Assembly: GCF_006345805.1 (NCBI RefSeq)
Contig: NW_021835751.1
Coordinates: forward strand, 1-48,505
DNA: 48,505 nucleotides
Origin: Octopus sinensis
Lineage: Eukaryota
Direction: 5' to 3'
Shown piece after piece: positions 37,212-48,505 of the stretch; the first letter of the stretch is position 1; every line of letters begins with the position of its first letter. Made by a program: the position numbers and the translations under genes. Below the pieces are notes generated by a model. It saw nothing but the letters and a program-made list of their open reading frames with translations. It ran no database searches and was not told the origin of the DNA.

Positions 37212-38700
37212 GTCACCGTCCATTTGCCGGACCGTACATCACTTTAAAACAAAAAACATATCATTTCAAATAATAATGACTTAATGATGACAAATTATTA
37301 TATATTTTTTTAAAATATAATATTTTTATTTTGCTAAAATATAATCAATCGCACGCGAAAAAAATGAGTTACTTGAGACTGTCTGCGAGCGAAATGCAAA
37401 TAATTAAAAATTTTAAAATGAATGATTATTATTGTCCTGAAATTCCAAAAGACAAAAGTATAGACTTAAAAAATTGTCTGAATCGTTTGAATTTATGATG
37501 AAAAATTTTTACTTGAAAAGTGGATTTTAGGATGATTTTTTACTATCTGATCAAGCAGAATTAAAAATTTTAACAATTGAGGTAACTTGTGTTGCTCATA
37601 AAAAAAAGCCTGAACACAATTATGGCCATTTTGGAAGAGACAGATTGTACAGTCTTTTAAAGAAAAAAATTTACAACTTAACGAGAAAAGAAATTCAAGA
37701 AGTAATAAAGAAATGTGTTTTTTGTCAAGCCAAAAGATGCATGGCTACTAAACCTCCAATTACGCCAATTATCGAACAAAGACCTCGTGATAGATGTCTA
37801 GCAGATCTTATTGACTTGCGGAGGTATTCTCACATAAACGAAGAATACTCATGGGTATTAATTAAATGATGTTATCCTAAGGTTTTGGTACTTATCGACA
37901 GTTTTTCAAAGTACGGAATGGTCGAGCTAGCGAAGAATAAATCTGCAGAAGAAATTTCCTCATTGTTCGAGAGAATTTTTTATACTTGTGGTCCTCCTGT
38001 TATTCTTCATACTGACAATGGGAAAGAATTTAAAAATTCTAAAATGGAGATTTTGCGCAAAGAACTAAATATCAGACATGTTTTCGGGAGAGCTCGATGT
38101 CCATGGATACAAGGCCAGGTTGAAAGGTATATTTTATTCTACACAAAATGTAAATAGATTTAATCAAAGTATTAAACGTTGGATATCTTCAACCTCGGCC
38201 TCAAATGGCGAATTTGGGAGATATGTTAATATAATTAAAAAAATTGTATTTCAATACAATATCACTGTACATCAAAGTACGGAACAAATCCCATTTTATA
38301 TTTTTATAGGTGCACACTATCCGCAAAATCCTGAAATTAATGATTGTAATGAAGAAAATCTTACTAAAGCTCGGGAAGAAGCTTATAAGAATCTCCAGAT
38401 TTGTGGAGACTATATGTCAAAACGAAAACGGTGGAAATTTGATGAAGACGAAATCAAAATTGGCGATTGTGTTTTGCTAGGTCATGACCAAGATGCAAAC
38501 GAGCAAAATAGAAGATGCCCTCTATATGACCAATTAAATGTAACTAAGTACTTCGTTATTTATGGACTGGGTGAGAATTTTACAATACATGGAGAAGATG
38601 GAAATATAGAAAATGTGCATTTTCAAGATTAAAAAACTAAAAACTTGATTTAAAAAAAAAAATAAACCTTGATTAAAAAAAACTTTAAAAGCTCGTTTTA
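37212..38700 (+). mobile_element. Ginger2/TDD-like integrase transposon (KRBA2/SCAND3-like), with introns
   Basis: TGTCACC start. Spliced integrase (introns 37582-37608, 37855-37881, 38127-38157) reads H..GH..C..C, ADLID, LIDSFSK, LHTDNGKEF, QGQVERFN and IGDCVL. No RT/RNase H or LTRs nearby; no right TIR found. Confidence 0.75.
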
Positions 38701-38721
38701 AATGTTAGAATGCTAATCTCC

Positions 38722-38860
38722 GGGTTTCAGTTTAGGGTTAGGGTTTGGTGTCTGTCTAGGGTTTCGGGTTTGGTGTCTGTTTATGGTTAGGGTTGGGGTT
38801 AGGTTAGAGTTTGGAATTTGTGACTTTTTGGGGTTAGGGGTTGGTGTTTTTTAGGGTTTT
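38722..38860 (+). repeat. Degenerate TTAGGG-like repeat tract
   Basis: TTTAGGGTTAGGGTTT..GGTTAGGGTTGGGGTTAGG..GGGGTTAGGGG..TTAGGG, with a duplicated GGGTTTGGTGTCTGT. Confidence 0.75.
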
Positions 38861-40658
38861 CAGTAGACCTACAGTTTATGTATAATAAATCCATTAAATA
38901 AGCATAGACAAGACAAGTTTTATTTCCCAACAAACCTATAAATTAAAGTTAGGAAGAAAGCCAAGAGCAGAACAAGAAACTAATTAAAGTGGGTTTGATT
39001 TCATTGTATAGAGTCATTTTATGAGACACCACATGTCTCTTCTTCGCATATACCCTAAAGAATTACATCATACTTTCTATAAGTGACGTAACAAATCTTC
39101 AATCTTTCTGACTTTAGCGTCATAAGCATTTTCGATTTTTGAATTTAAGTTCAATCCAAATGCCAATTTAATAGCAAATCTTCTGGTCTTTTCCAACTTT
39201 TTCACAAAAATGCTACTTTCTTCGGACCTATACCATCCTTGATAGCCATATATCAGGAATGGCTCAATACATGTAGAATACACAAAAAGGAAAGTTTCAG
39301 GCTCCAAATGAAATCAACTTAAGGATTTCAACATTCCTGTAGCTTTCTCTCTTCGTGTTTTGATATGATCTTTAAAAGATCCTCTTCGGTCTATCGATAC
39401 TCCGAGATACTCCAATTTTCCAGAGTTTTTTATATCTCCTGTATTTACATATTCATTGATATTTTTTCTTTTACTTGCAATCCATGTGACTGTTGATTTT
39501 TCTCTTGACAGAGTCAACCCATTGTTTTGGCACCACCTCCCAATGTTTTTTATATGGGTTTTTACTCTTTTCCACGAAATTTGTTTACTTATGCTTGAAT
39601 CAAGCATAAGAATGTCATCAGCATAAATAATCATACGACTATTTATGCTCTCAGTTTTTGGTAACTCACTCATTACACAATTAAAGAGTAGCGGGCTGAG
39701 AATTGATCCCTGCGGAACCCCTCTTCGTAATTCAATTTTCTTAGAAATTAAATTTCCAACACGTATATACGACTTCCTTCTTGAAAGAAAGTTTTCTATC
39801 CATAATAATGCGGTTTCCCAATTCCTGCTTTTGATAACGTATCAAGAAGTCCGTAGTGCCAAACACTGTCAAAGGCCTTCGTTATATCCAAGCACGCTAT
39901 TGTAAGAAATCCTTTTTTCTCCTCGAACTATCAATTGCAGATCTTAGCTCTCTGAGACAATCTCCAGTCCCTTTTTTATGTCGAAAACCCAATTGATTGT
40001 CAGAGAGAAATTATTATCCTCAACAAGCTTGAGAGACGATTGAAAACATTTTCTCCATAATTTTCGAAATTGAGCAGATTAAGCTAATTGGCCTATAGCT
40101 ATCTGCTTTTGACTTAGGCTTTCCTTTTTTCACGACCATACGTACAATTGTTCGTTTCCAGGTCGACGGAACATGTCCAAAACTCCACGAAGAATTGTAC
40201 AAATATTTAGTAATCCAACTAACGTCTGGTCCGCATTCTTGAAAATACTCATTGGGATGAAATCCCATCCTGGTGCTTTATTTTTGCAACCTTTTATCGC
40301 AGTATTTATTTCTTCTTGTGTTATAGGTTGGCACAAGGGACTATTCAGTTTCGACGTTTCTTTATAATTACTTCTTGTATTTTGCACTTCTTGTGGAATA
40401 AAGGTGGCTGGATCAGTCTCTTGAATTCTGGACAATTGTTTGCGTAATATATCCGGTATTTCTTCCTTCGGAATAGTAAAACCATCATCTGATTTCAGAG
40501 AAATTTCTTCTTTTTTATTACTTGGCGAAACCATTCTTGCAAATATTTTCCAAAATTTTGGATTCTTTCGATGTAGCTTTGAACATTCCCTTTTCCATAT
40601 TTTTTCTTCATTCTTCTTTACAACATCCATTATCTTCCTCTTTATTAACTTGATCTGG

Positions 40659-40918
40659 GGCTTCCATGCCCTTAACCTGAGGGTTCTGGGTTCGATTCCC
40701 AGCGCTATCTGGTCGAACTGGATTTCTTGTTCTTGACTTCTTTCCTATTAGAAAAGGCGTCATGTGATCCACTCGTTGGGAGGCGCCGTTAACAAAAGGA
40801 TCATTTGCTACCCACACACCCATTGGACGTCCCTTTGGGTCATCCTTCTGGATGCCTACAAGACCGTTAATTAGTTTGGTTTACTTGTGTCTGTTTGGTG
40901 TTTAAAATAAATAAATAA
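40659..40918 (+). mobile_element. tRNA-derived SINE, family 2 (5'-truncated), antisense in LINE ORF2
   Basis: TSD ATCTGG (40653-40658 / 40919-40924), tRNA 3'-half-like TTAACCTGAGGGTTCTGGGTTCGATTCCC, and (AAAT)n tail. Removing it restores LKIQIKLIKRKIMD in ORF2. Confidence 0.85.
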
Positions 40919-42151
40919 ATCTGGATTTTAAGTTCTTGGGAGTCAAAGGAATCCCAACACCTCCTTAATTTATTTTCCAATTTATTCTTCTCCCGACGTA
41001 GAGAACGTTCTTCTACTCCTATTATCATATTTTCCTGCGGTAGGAGATTTTTCCTTTTTCCATAATTTTCCAGATAACTTAGTAATAAGCATCTTAATTT
41101 GTTATCCAGGTTATCGATATCTTTCGGTTTCGAAATCCTCAAAGAATCTATACCACCAAGTTTCATTCTGATGAAAAAATTGAAGTGATTGATCCCAATC
41201 AATTCTACTAATATCATATCCAACGAATATGTGCTGTGTGTGAACCGGGCCGGTTCTTAATTCAATCGTTTGTGGAATGTGATCACTTCCTACGTCATTT
41301 TCAATATATGGAGGATTGCACATTTCACTCATCTTTTGAGGCATTATGAACAGTCCAATTCTATCACCACTATAAGTTGCATAGTGATTTATTTCTGCCG
41401 ACGTCAATATTTTCAGTTCTCCTGATTTCATCCACTTTACAAGACATTTTCCATCTTGATTTGTTGTAACACACCCGTAATCAACATGCTTCGAGTTCAA
41501 ATCCCCAACTAAAATCGGATTCACGTTTTTGTTAAAGAATTCATCATTAATCCAAGGGTATTCACGTAATTTCTTCGAATAAATACCTCCAATTGTTATC
41601 CATCCAATATTTGTTTGTATTTGAACGCTGACTAGTTCACATACATCTTCTTCAATAATTCTAGCCCTCTTTGTCTTCAAATTAGTTCTATAATAAATTG
41701 AAGTTCCAGTTCCAGAAATAGAACCATCCTTCCATGGAATATCAATTGATGAAAATCCATTGAGTTTAAAGGAACTACCCTTCTTGATCTTTGTTTCATT
41801 TACTATCAAAACATCCATACACACTGTGCTGACCAATGCAGTCAGCTCTGAGGCCCGCTTTCTAAGAGAGCGGGCATTGATCAGGGTTATCCTGATTACT
41901 TCTGATTTTTTTGGTGGCTGATCCCTTTTCTTAGAATCGCCACCAAATCCAGTAAAAGCTTCGTATCCTTTTTTGTTTTCGTTACTTCTATAATGCTTTT
42001 TTCTAATTTCTCCAAATTTTGTGAGTAATCTAGCTGACATTTCGTACTTATCATCTGTGCTGAGATTTTATTTTTGTCCTCTTCTGCAGGTTCTTCTGTC
42101 TGCGTAGTAGCATCTTCTGCCTTCTTTTCGACCGCTGCACTATTCCAACTA

Positions 42152-44073
42152 TACCATTTTCAAGTCAATTTGACAATTACAAACTTCAAATGTCATCTGA
42201 AAAAATCAATTTGTCAATTGTAAATTTCAAATGTCATCTGAAAAAATCAATTTGTCAATTATAAATTTCAAATGTCATCTGGATAATTCAATTTGTCAAT
42301 AACAAACTTCAAATGTTATCTGCATAATTCAACTTGTCAATAACAAACTTCAAATGTCATCTGAAAAAATCAATTTGGCAATGTCATCTGAAATAATTGA
42401 AGCATATGAAAATTTTGGCGTTAATTGGAGTTAATTTGAGAACAGCTCCTCTCATGGAGTTAATTTGAGAACAGCTTATCATTGGATTGAAAATAAAGAT
42501 AAAGAAAGACATCCAAGAGAAGGTAAAAGACATTCAAAAAAAAATCAAATAAATAAAGGTAAAGACATTCAAAAATGAATTAATCAATTGGATTGAAGCT
42601 GATCCTCAGATCACATTGAAAGAATGTGCGGAGAAAATACGAAATAATTATTCAATGTCTGTGTCGGTCACAACAGTAAAAAATTGGCTTGATGGGGAAT
42701 TAATTTTTCTCAAAACCTGTCGGCCAATTTGCAAATGTAAATTCACCTGAAAATAAAGAAAAAAGAATATATTATTTGGATTGCTTGTTTAAAACAAGGT
42801 CTGCTGGAAGAACTTTAATTTGGATCGATGAATCCAATTTTAATTTATATTGTAAGAGAAAAGAAGGACGATCAAAAATAGGATCTCGTTCTTTTGTCAT
42901 TACTCAAAATTCGAGAGGCTCTAACTTACATTGTATAACATTGTTAATTTTCAATGCAAAAGAGGTTCTTACAGAGGAGAAGATTGTAAAAAATGGATGA
43001 AAGAGTTAATTAATGAATGCAGGTCTTCAGGCGTACAAGATCCCACTTTTATAATTGACAATGCTCCTGTTCACAATCAATTGGAATCAGTTGTTGATCA
43101 AGAAGAAAATATTGAACTTTTACGATTGGCTCCATATTCTTATTTATTAAACGTGGTGAAGACCTTTTTGATTTTTAATTTACCAAATAAAATTTGTTCT
43201 GTTTCCCATAATATGATTACAATTAGTTTATAGTTATTTTGAAAAAAAATAAATAACAAAACAATTGTCAGTTAACTAAATTAACCCAGCCGAACGGATT
43301 GCTTGCGCGTTCCCGCGCACGATTGCGAGTGAGATCCTCTGCCTCTACCAAGAGGACTCGCGAGCATCCATCTTCTTCCGAGCGATGAGGATACCGAGGT
43401 CTTTTAGGAAGCATGAGGTCTGCGGGCCGGAAGCGCCTGATGTCTCAAGAGCCACAGGCACGAAGGAATGCCGAGTGGCAAGATTCTTGTACTTTTCTAC
43501 TTTGCGGGCTTCCGCCACGGCCGCGACCGAGCCGGAAGAAGAAGCAGATGACGGTAGAGCGGATGGGGATCACGTGTCTGCGCACGTAACGTCCCAGATC
43601 AGGCAATTGACATTCCGGAATGGGAAGGTGGTCATCCCGTCCGGGCGTTTGCCGTCCCCCCTGTCCAATCCAACTGGTTCAAGCACGTTGGGGAAGCCAG
43701 CAGCGTTGAGAGCTCTTGAGATTACGTCTGAGCTCAGGTACTGCGATATCGGAAATTGTAGATATTGCATCATTTTTTTTAAAAAAAGTTATTTTGATAA
43801 AATGCAAATTTGAATTTCAAAATTGTAAATTTGAGTTTTGCAGATGACATTTGAAGTTTATAATCGACAAATTGAATTATCCAGATGACATTTGAAATTT
43901 ATAATTGACAAATTGATTTTTTCAGATGACATTTGAAATTTACAATTGACAAATTGATTTTTTCAGATGACATTTGAAATTTATAATTGACAAATTGAAT
44001 TATCCAGATGACATTTGAAATTTGTAATTGTAAATTTGGGGTTCATAAGTGCCAAATTGACTTGAAAATGGTA
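42152..44073 (+). mobile_element. IS630/Tc1-like transposon with long repeat-built TIRs, inserted in LINE ORF1
   Basis: TA TSD and TIR TACCATTTTCAAGTCAATTTG, plus five 41-bp repeats on each side. Transposase remnants read WIDESNFN, IIDNAP and LAPYSYLLN. Confidence 0.9.
43270..43750 (-). mobile_element. 5'-truncated CRE-like retrotransposon (RLE domain)
   Basis: [52 protein letters not shown]. Confidence 0.85.
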
Positions 44074-45029
44074 TAGTCCGTCCATTTAGAAAATCAAGTT
44101 TAGCTTTCTTTGGAATATTATTATTTCCTAATCTGGCAGGTTCTTTATCTTCTTTATGTGAGATTCTTGGCTTCTTCACAAATTTCTTCATCTTCTCACG
44201 ACGAGCTTCTAATGCTTTCGGACAGCCTCCATAATTTGCCAGATGTGTAGTCGATCCACAATTAACACATTTTCTCAAATCACATGGTTCTTTACATTCC
44301 GATCTTCTATGTGGTCCTGAACAATGTAAACACTTTTCCAAGTTCTTGCAAAACCGAGCAATGTGTCCAAACTGCTGACAACGAAAACATTGAATTTCTC
44401 GTTTTATGAACCATTCTGCCTTTATCTTTAAAAATCCAATAATCAATCCCAATCTGATTATGGATTCTGCTTCTCCCCTGCTTGTTAGGACAAGCTTAAC
44501 AATAGGTAAAATAACTCCACGGCGTACAAATCTTTCGACTTGAAACTCTCCTGTCAACTTTGTTTTGAGAAAATCTTTTAATTCATCCATCTCTATCCAT
44601 GTCGGAACATTTTTTAGAATAATAGAGGAAGGAGGAAGCTTAACTTCCGCCACCTCATGTCCACCTTGTCCAAAGGGACTACTAACCTCCAAAGATTGTT
44701 TGAACTCTTCAAGGTCGTCCAAATTCTTAAACTGCAGAATAAAATCGCCAGTATGCCGTCGAGAAATCCTCGCTCCTCTAATACAATCCATTCCATTGAA
44801 TATGTTAATAATTGTCAAATTACCAAGTTTAGAATTTTTAATACACAGCCTGAGTGAATACATACACAACCTGGTTTGGATCATGTAACCTGGTACATAC
44901 ACAACCTGACAAACAACTTTTTTATAGTTGGTTAACTTATTATTCTAAATAAAATCTTGTTAACTAACGTGTCAGAACATTTGATGTGTGTCTTTGTTGT
45001 TTTCTAATTTCACCATAATTATTTTCAAT

Positions 45030-47041
45030 ATTTTTTGTAATATTGAATTACAAATTCCCATGCCATATTAAACATCGACTGACACCAATATTTTCGAGCC
45101 ATCATATGTCGACACGTAAGTCGAGGTTTTTTGGCAGCAATCCTCCCGAATAAATTATACCTCCTCAATGTACGTCTAGCTGTATCTATACTCACGGAAT
45201 TATCAATATTGATCAATTTTTTGAGTTCAGAAGCTGTTTTCTTGGGATATTTTTTCGATGTCCTGACAAGAATCCTTTCATTTCTAGGAGATAATTTCCT
45301 CTTCGCTCCAGTGTGAATACGGTCAAAATAGCCAAAACCAGATATGTAACGTTGAAATATTTTTTGGATCGCACATCGAGAGATTTTAAGTTCTTTTGAT
45401 ACTTGTCGCTGACTCATTCCATTTTTCAAAAAACTAATAACTTTTTGACGATTTTCAAAAGATACACGAGGCATGAAATAGAATTAACACGTTTTAGTTA
45501 GATTTAAATGGATATTTAACAAAAATAATGTAATTAAATCTAAATATATTTTAAATAAATAAAGTGGCCTCTTTTCATTGCATGGCCTAGAAAAGGTCAA
45601 ATTTAATAAATTAAATAAAATTGGCATTATAATGAAAAATAACTTTTATACAGTGAAACCTCTCGAATCCGCTGCTTCTCGAATCCGCCGCTTCTCGAAT
45701 CCGCTTATTTTAATCAAAAATTTGAAATTTCCTATGAATGATTCTTGAATCCGCTTGTTTCTCGAATCCGCTCCTCAAGTATTATGAAAAATAATTTTTT
45801 AATTAACATTTTAAAATTTTCATTACACGTTAAATTGTATTTTTGTGATGCGTCGTTGTGTTAGACTTTCTATCAACGAAAAAATTTCTATACTACGTTA
45901 TATTTCTGACAACCCATTTGTTTCTGCACCTCAAATTCCAGGATTTTTTCTTCACGATAAAAAAAAATTTTAACGAGAACTATAAACGACCTTAAATCAA
46001 TATCGGACCTTTTGAATAGGACTGATATCAAAAAATTAAACATAATGAGAATTCCAAAACTCAAATTTAATGAAATTGATGTAGCGATGATAACATGGAT
46101 TGACTTAATGGAATCTAGTGGACCAATTCAATCAGATTCGATGTTAATTGCAAAAGCTCTAAATTTGGAAAAATGATCCAGAATTTAAAGCAAGTCGTGG
46201 GTGGCTAGAAAAGTTAAATTACGAAATGGTATCAAGTTAAGAAAATTTCATGGAGACAGTGGATCAGTAAATCATTATGAAAAATCTATTGCTGATTTTA
46301 ATGAAACAATCAGTTTAAAAATTGAACAATATGGATTGGACAATGTTTATAATTCAGATGAAACTGGTGTTTGTTACAAGGCGATTTCTTCTAAAAGTGT
46401 GTGCACTAAATCAAGGCCTGGAATAAAGTTGTCGAAAGATCGATTTTCTTTACTATTATGCACAAATTGTTCTGGTTCCGATAAAAAAAGGCCTATAATG
46501 ATAGGAAGATTCAAAAGTGCAAGATGTTTTTAAAATTTCAACATTGAAAAATATTTTACCTACACCAAATCAATAAGACATCGATGAACCGTGAAATTTT
46601 TAACATGTGGCTCAGTATTTTGATTGTGAACTTGCGAAGAAAAAGAAAAAATCTACTTGAAATAGATAAATGATCTCGAAAATATTATGCGAATTGAAGA
46701 ATGTTATAAAATTTTTGATATTTTGAATATAAATAATTTTATGTATTCAGTCATTTGTATATAAAAAGAAATATTTAATCTATATTGTAAGCTCATGTTT
46801 CAACTATAAAATATTATTTTAATTGCCTCTCGAATCCGCCGATTTCTCGAATCCGCCGATTTTTTGGTCGGTCCCAAAATCGGCGGATTAGAGAGGTTTT
46901 ACTGTATTTAGTTTTTTATGGATAATTAAGACGAAGAAAAAGAGTTTGCTGAATTTTTTAGAAAATTTCATACTTTAATTTTCGAGTATTTCTATTTTTA
47001 GAAATATTCTTTAGGTGGCCTCTTTTCATTGCACGGGACTG
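45030..47041 (-). mobile_element. Tc1 transposon, 5' half with an IR/DR end
   Basis: ORF 45025-45474 encodes a Tc1 HTH (MPRVS..GAKRKLS.R.ER..AAKKP.L), truncated before the DDE domain. Outer end TA|CAGTCCCGTGCAATGAAAAGAGGCCAC at 47015-47041; inner direct repeat at 45564-45585. Confidence 0.85.
45651..46904 (+). mobile_element. pogo-type transposon, internally deleted, nested in the Tc1 end
   Basis: TIR CAGTRAAACCTCTC.AATCCGC, TA flanks and CTCGAATCCGC subterminal repeats. Remnants read FKASRGWL, YNSDETG and KDRFSLLLCTNCSGSDK. Confidence 0.9.
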
Positions 47042-47043
47042 TA

Positions 47044-47478
47044 GTTAAGGATGACTTACTGGAAAACCAGCTGTTCGTTCTTATACTTCGAGAAGTTTTG
47101 CATGGAATGCATAACCAAATTGCGTTGTCCACGTTTCTTTTTGACTTAGATAAACGACAGCGTCTCTATTTTTGAGAATATAGGTTTTACTTTACAGCGA
47201 ACGCATTTCATTGTGTTAGAGATCAACCGCCTCTCTGCGCACCAAATTACACACTCTTCTATATTATCGCCGAAGAGCCTGTTTAGAGACGAAAACCGGT
47301 TATATTCCTGCATTATTTGCTCATCAGACTTGACTGCGGCCGCATCAACAATAGACAAACCCATTTAAATTTAAACAATCCCATTAAAATTAACTTAAAT
47401 TAATAAAAAATGAAAAAATAATTAAAATCTATTGCTTATACGTCGAGATTTATACCATGACTAAAATTGGAGATTACC
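47044..47478 (-). mobile_element. Merlin-like transposon, 5' end
   Basis: ORF 47146-47364 resembles a Merlin N-terminus (WCAERRLI..MKCVRC). The GG-starting terminus is repeated at 37138. Confidence 0.5.
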
Positions 47479-47619
47479 TGTTTGACATCATGTTTCGCCA
47501 TTCTGAATTAGGGCAAGCATATTTTCCTAAATTTTTGGCTTTCTATACATTTTTCTTGACCGTTGTACGGGGCACGGCATAACCTCACCAAATATTTTAT
47601 TGGTTAAATAAATATTAAA

Positions 47620-47990
47620 CAGTCGTTGGGTTAAATTTACCAGTTTTTGCAAAGAGCTATCCGAAATAAATGGCCTATCCTTACTACCTCCTAAAAGAAC
47701 TGTTCGGAATGAAAGAGATATTTAGTAGGCATTTCTCTTTTATCTCTCTTGGGTGACAACGTAGACAGTTACATCAATCGTACCATATTTTACCTAATTT
47801 GCAGAGTCATTGGAGAAAACCTCTCTATTTGTGAGTTTAGTCCAATGAGAACTGAAAAAATCGCTTCTTAGATAGTCTCTGGAAAGGCCGAACTGAGAAA
47901 TTTAATGATATAAGCAATGGAGTCAAAGACAAGACTCCCTTTGGTGCGTACTGTCGGTGTAAGAGACGTGTTCGAGCAAAGATGGAAAAA
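47620..47990 (+). mobile_element. Decayed fragment of the same R4-like family as 22500-26054
   Basis: Shared nucleotide blocks GAGATATTTAGTAGGCAT (22989) and AGCAATGG.GTCAA...CAAGACTCCC..TTGGTGCGTACT (23306). Confidence 0.7.
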
Positions 47991-48505
47991 CTAATCTTTG
48001 TTTATTATAAGAAACTTATTTCTTCTCATTGAAAATTGTGAATAATCCAAGATTCAATGAGCTATCGAACAGTTTACTTATTCATTTATGACATCTATAC
48101 CACCGAGCACACGTGTGCATCACGATGCTAAAAATTAATTTTAATTGCATTAACCTAAATAGGGTATAAACATAATCATTTCGAGTAATCTAACAAATTA
48201 GGTTGGTAATCCACGTTGATTACTTTTCTTTCATAGGGTGAGTCTCACCAAGTATGAAAATCCACGTCATTTGAATGTGTTGAGTCGGAAAATTGTCATT
48301 AAATAAAAACAAATAATTAAAACTATATCGGGAACCACCCATGAGGCTAACCACATACCCGCCCAAGAATTTTCACGCGTTCAAATCAGTGTTCACGTGA
48401 TTAAAATTATAAGAAAATGTAAAATGCTTTATATAAAAGGAATATATGAAGTTCTTATTTAACTTTTCTGTTTTTTGTGTTTGTTTTGGACGTGTTTGGA
48501 TAAAT

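Larger units (their letters stand above)
38900..44950 (-). mobile_element. Near full-length I/Jockey-type LINE (ORF1 gag + APE-RT), interrupted twice
   Basis: ORF1 44902-44076 has three zinc knuckles (CFRCQQFGH..C, CLHCSGPH..C, CVNCGSTTH..CP). APE reads INARSL..NETK..GDLNSKH..SDH. RT reads KAPGWD, YRPISL, PQGSILSP, YADD and YLGV. Ends approximate. Confidence 0.9.

Noticed and set aside
37380-38632. Gypsy LTR retrotransposon
   Set aside because: No adjacent protease, RT, RNase H or LTRs; introns are present.
38722-38860. True telomere
   Set aside because: Short, degenerate and internal, with complex sequence on both sides.
40660-40710. Functional tRNA gene
   Set aside because: Only the 3' half is present, with no D-arm or acceptor pairing; it is followed by a SINE body, tail and TSD.
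42180-44030. 41-bp repeat arrays as CRISPR or satellite
   Set aside because: There are no unique spacers, and the arrays are mirror-image parts of a transposon's TIRs.
37138-47478. A single 10-kb Merlin element
   Set aside because: No shared TSD, and both ends are the same 5' terminus.
1-48505. Alternative genetic code (stop reassignment) explaining broken ORFs
   Set aside because: Long ORFs (602 aa, 526 aa) end at standard stops, and the breaks are resolved by introns or frameshifts.

Overview
AT-rich, transposon-saturated eukaryotic DNA. Host genes carry very short (about 22-31 nt) spliceosomal introns and use the standard genetic code. With an animal-type CPVL gene, this suggests a reduced animal parasite such as a myxozoan (inference only). 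About 70% of the window (rough estimate) is nested mobile elements: CRE-like and R4/Dong-like RLE retrotransposons, I/Jockey-type LINEs, two tRNA-derived SINEs, hAT (Ac-like and Buster), pogo, Tc1, IS630-Tc1-like, Merlin, MULE and Ginger-like elements; many have readable TIRs and TSDs. A direct segmental duplication links 1-4519 with 18152-22438. Host-gene content is mostly damaged: a truncated CPVL carboxypeptidase, an ATP13A1 (P5A-ATPase) pseudogene, a PIKK/ATR-like remnant and an orphan Cys/His-rich gene built from duplicated GC-AG intron+exon modules. The most notable signal, invisible in the ORF track because of micro-introns, is a local cluster of three diverged proteasome-beta-like (Ntn-hydrolase) paralogs, two of them duplicated again; the most complete copy retains most catalytic residues. 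All calls come from manual reading; no searches were run, and single-base frameshifts could be assembly errors.
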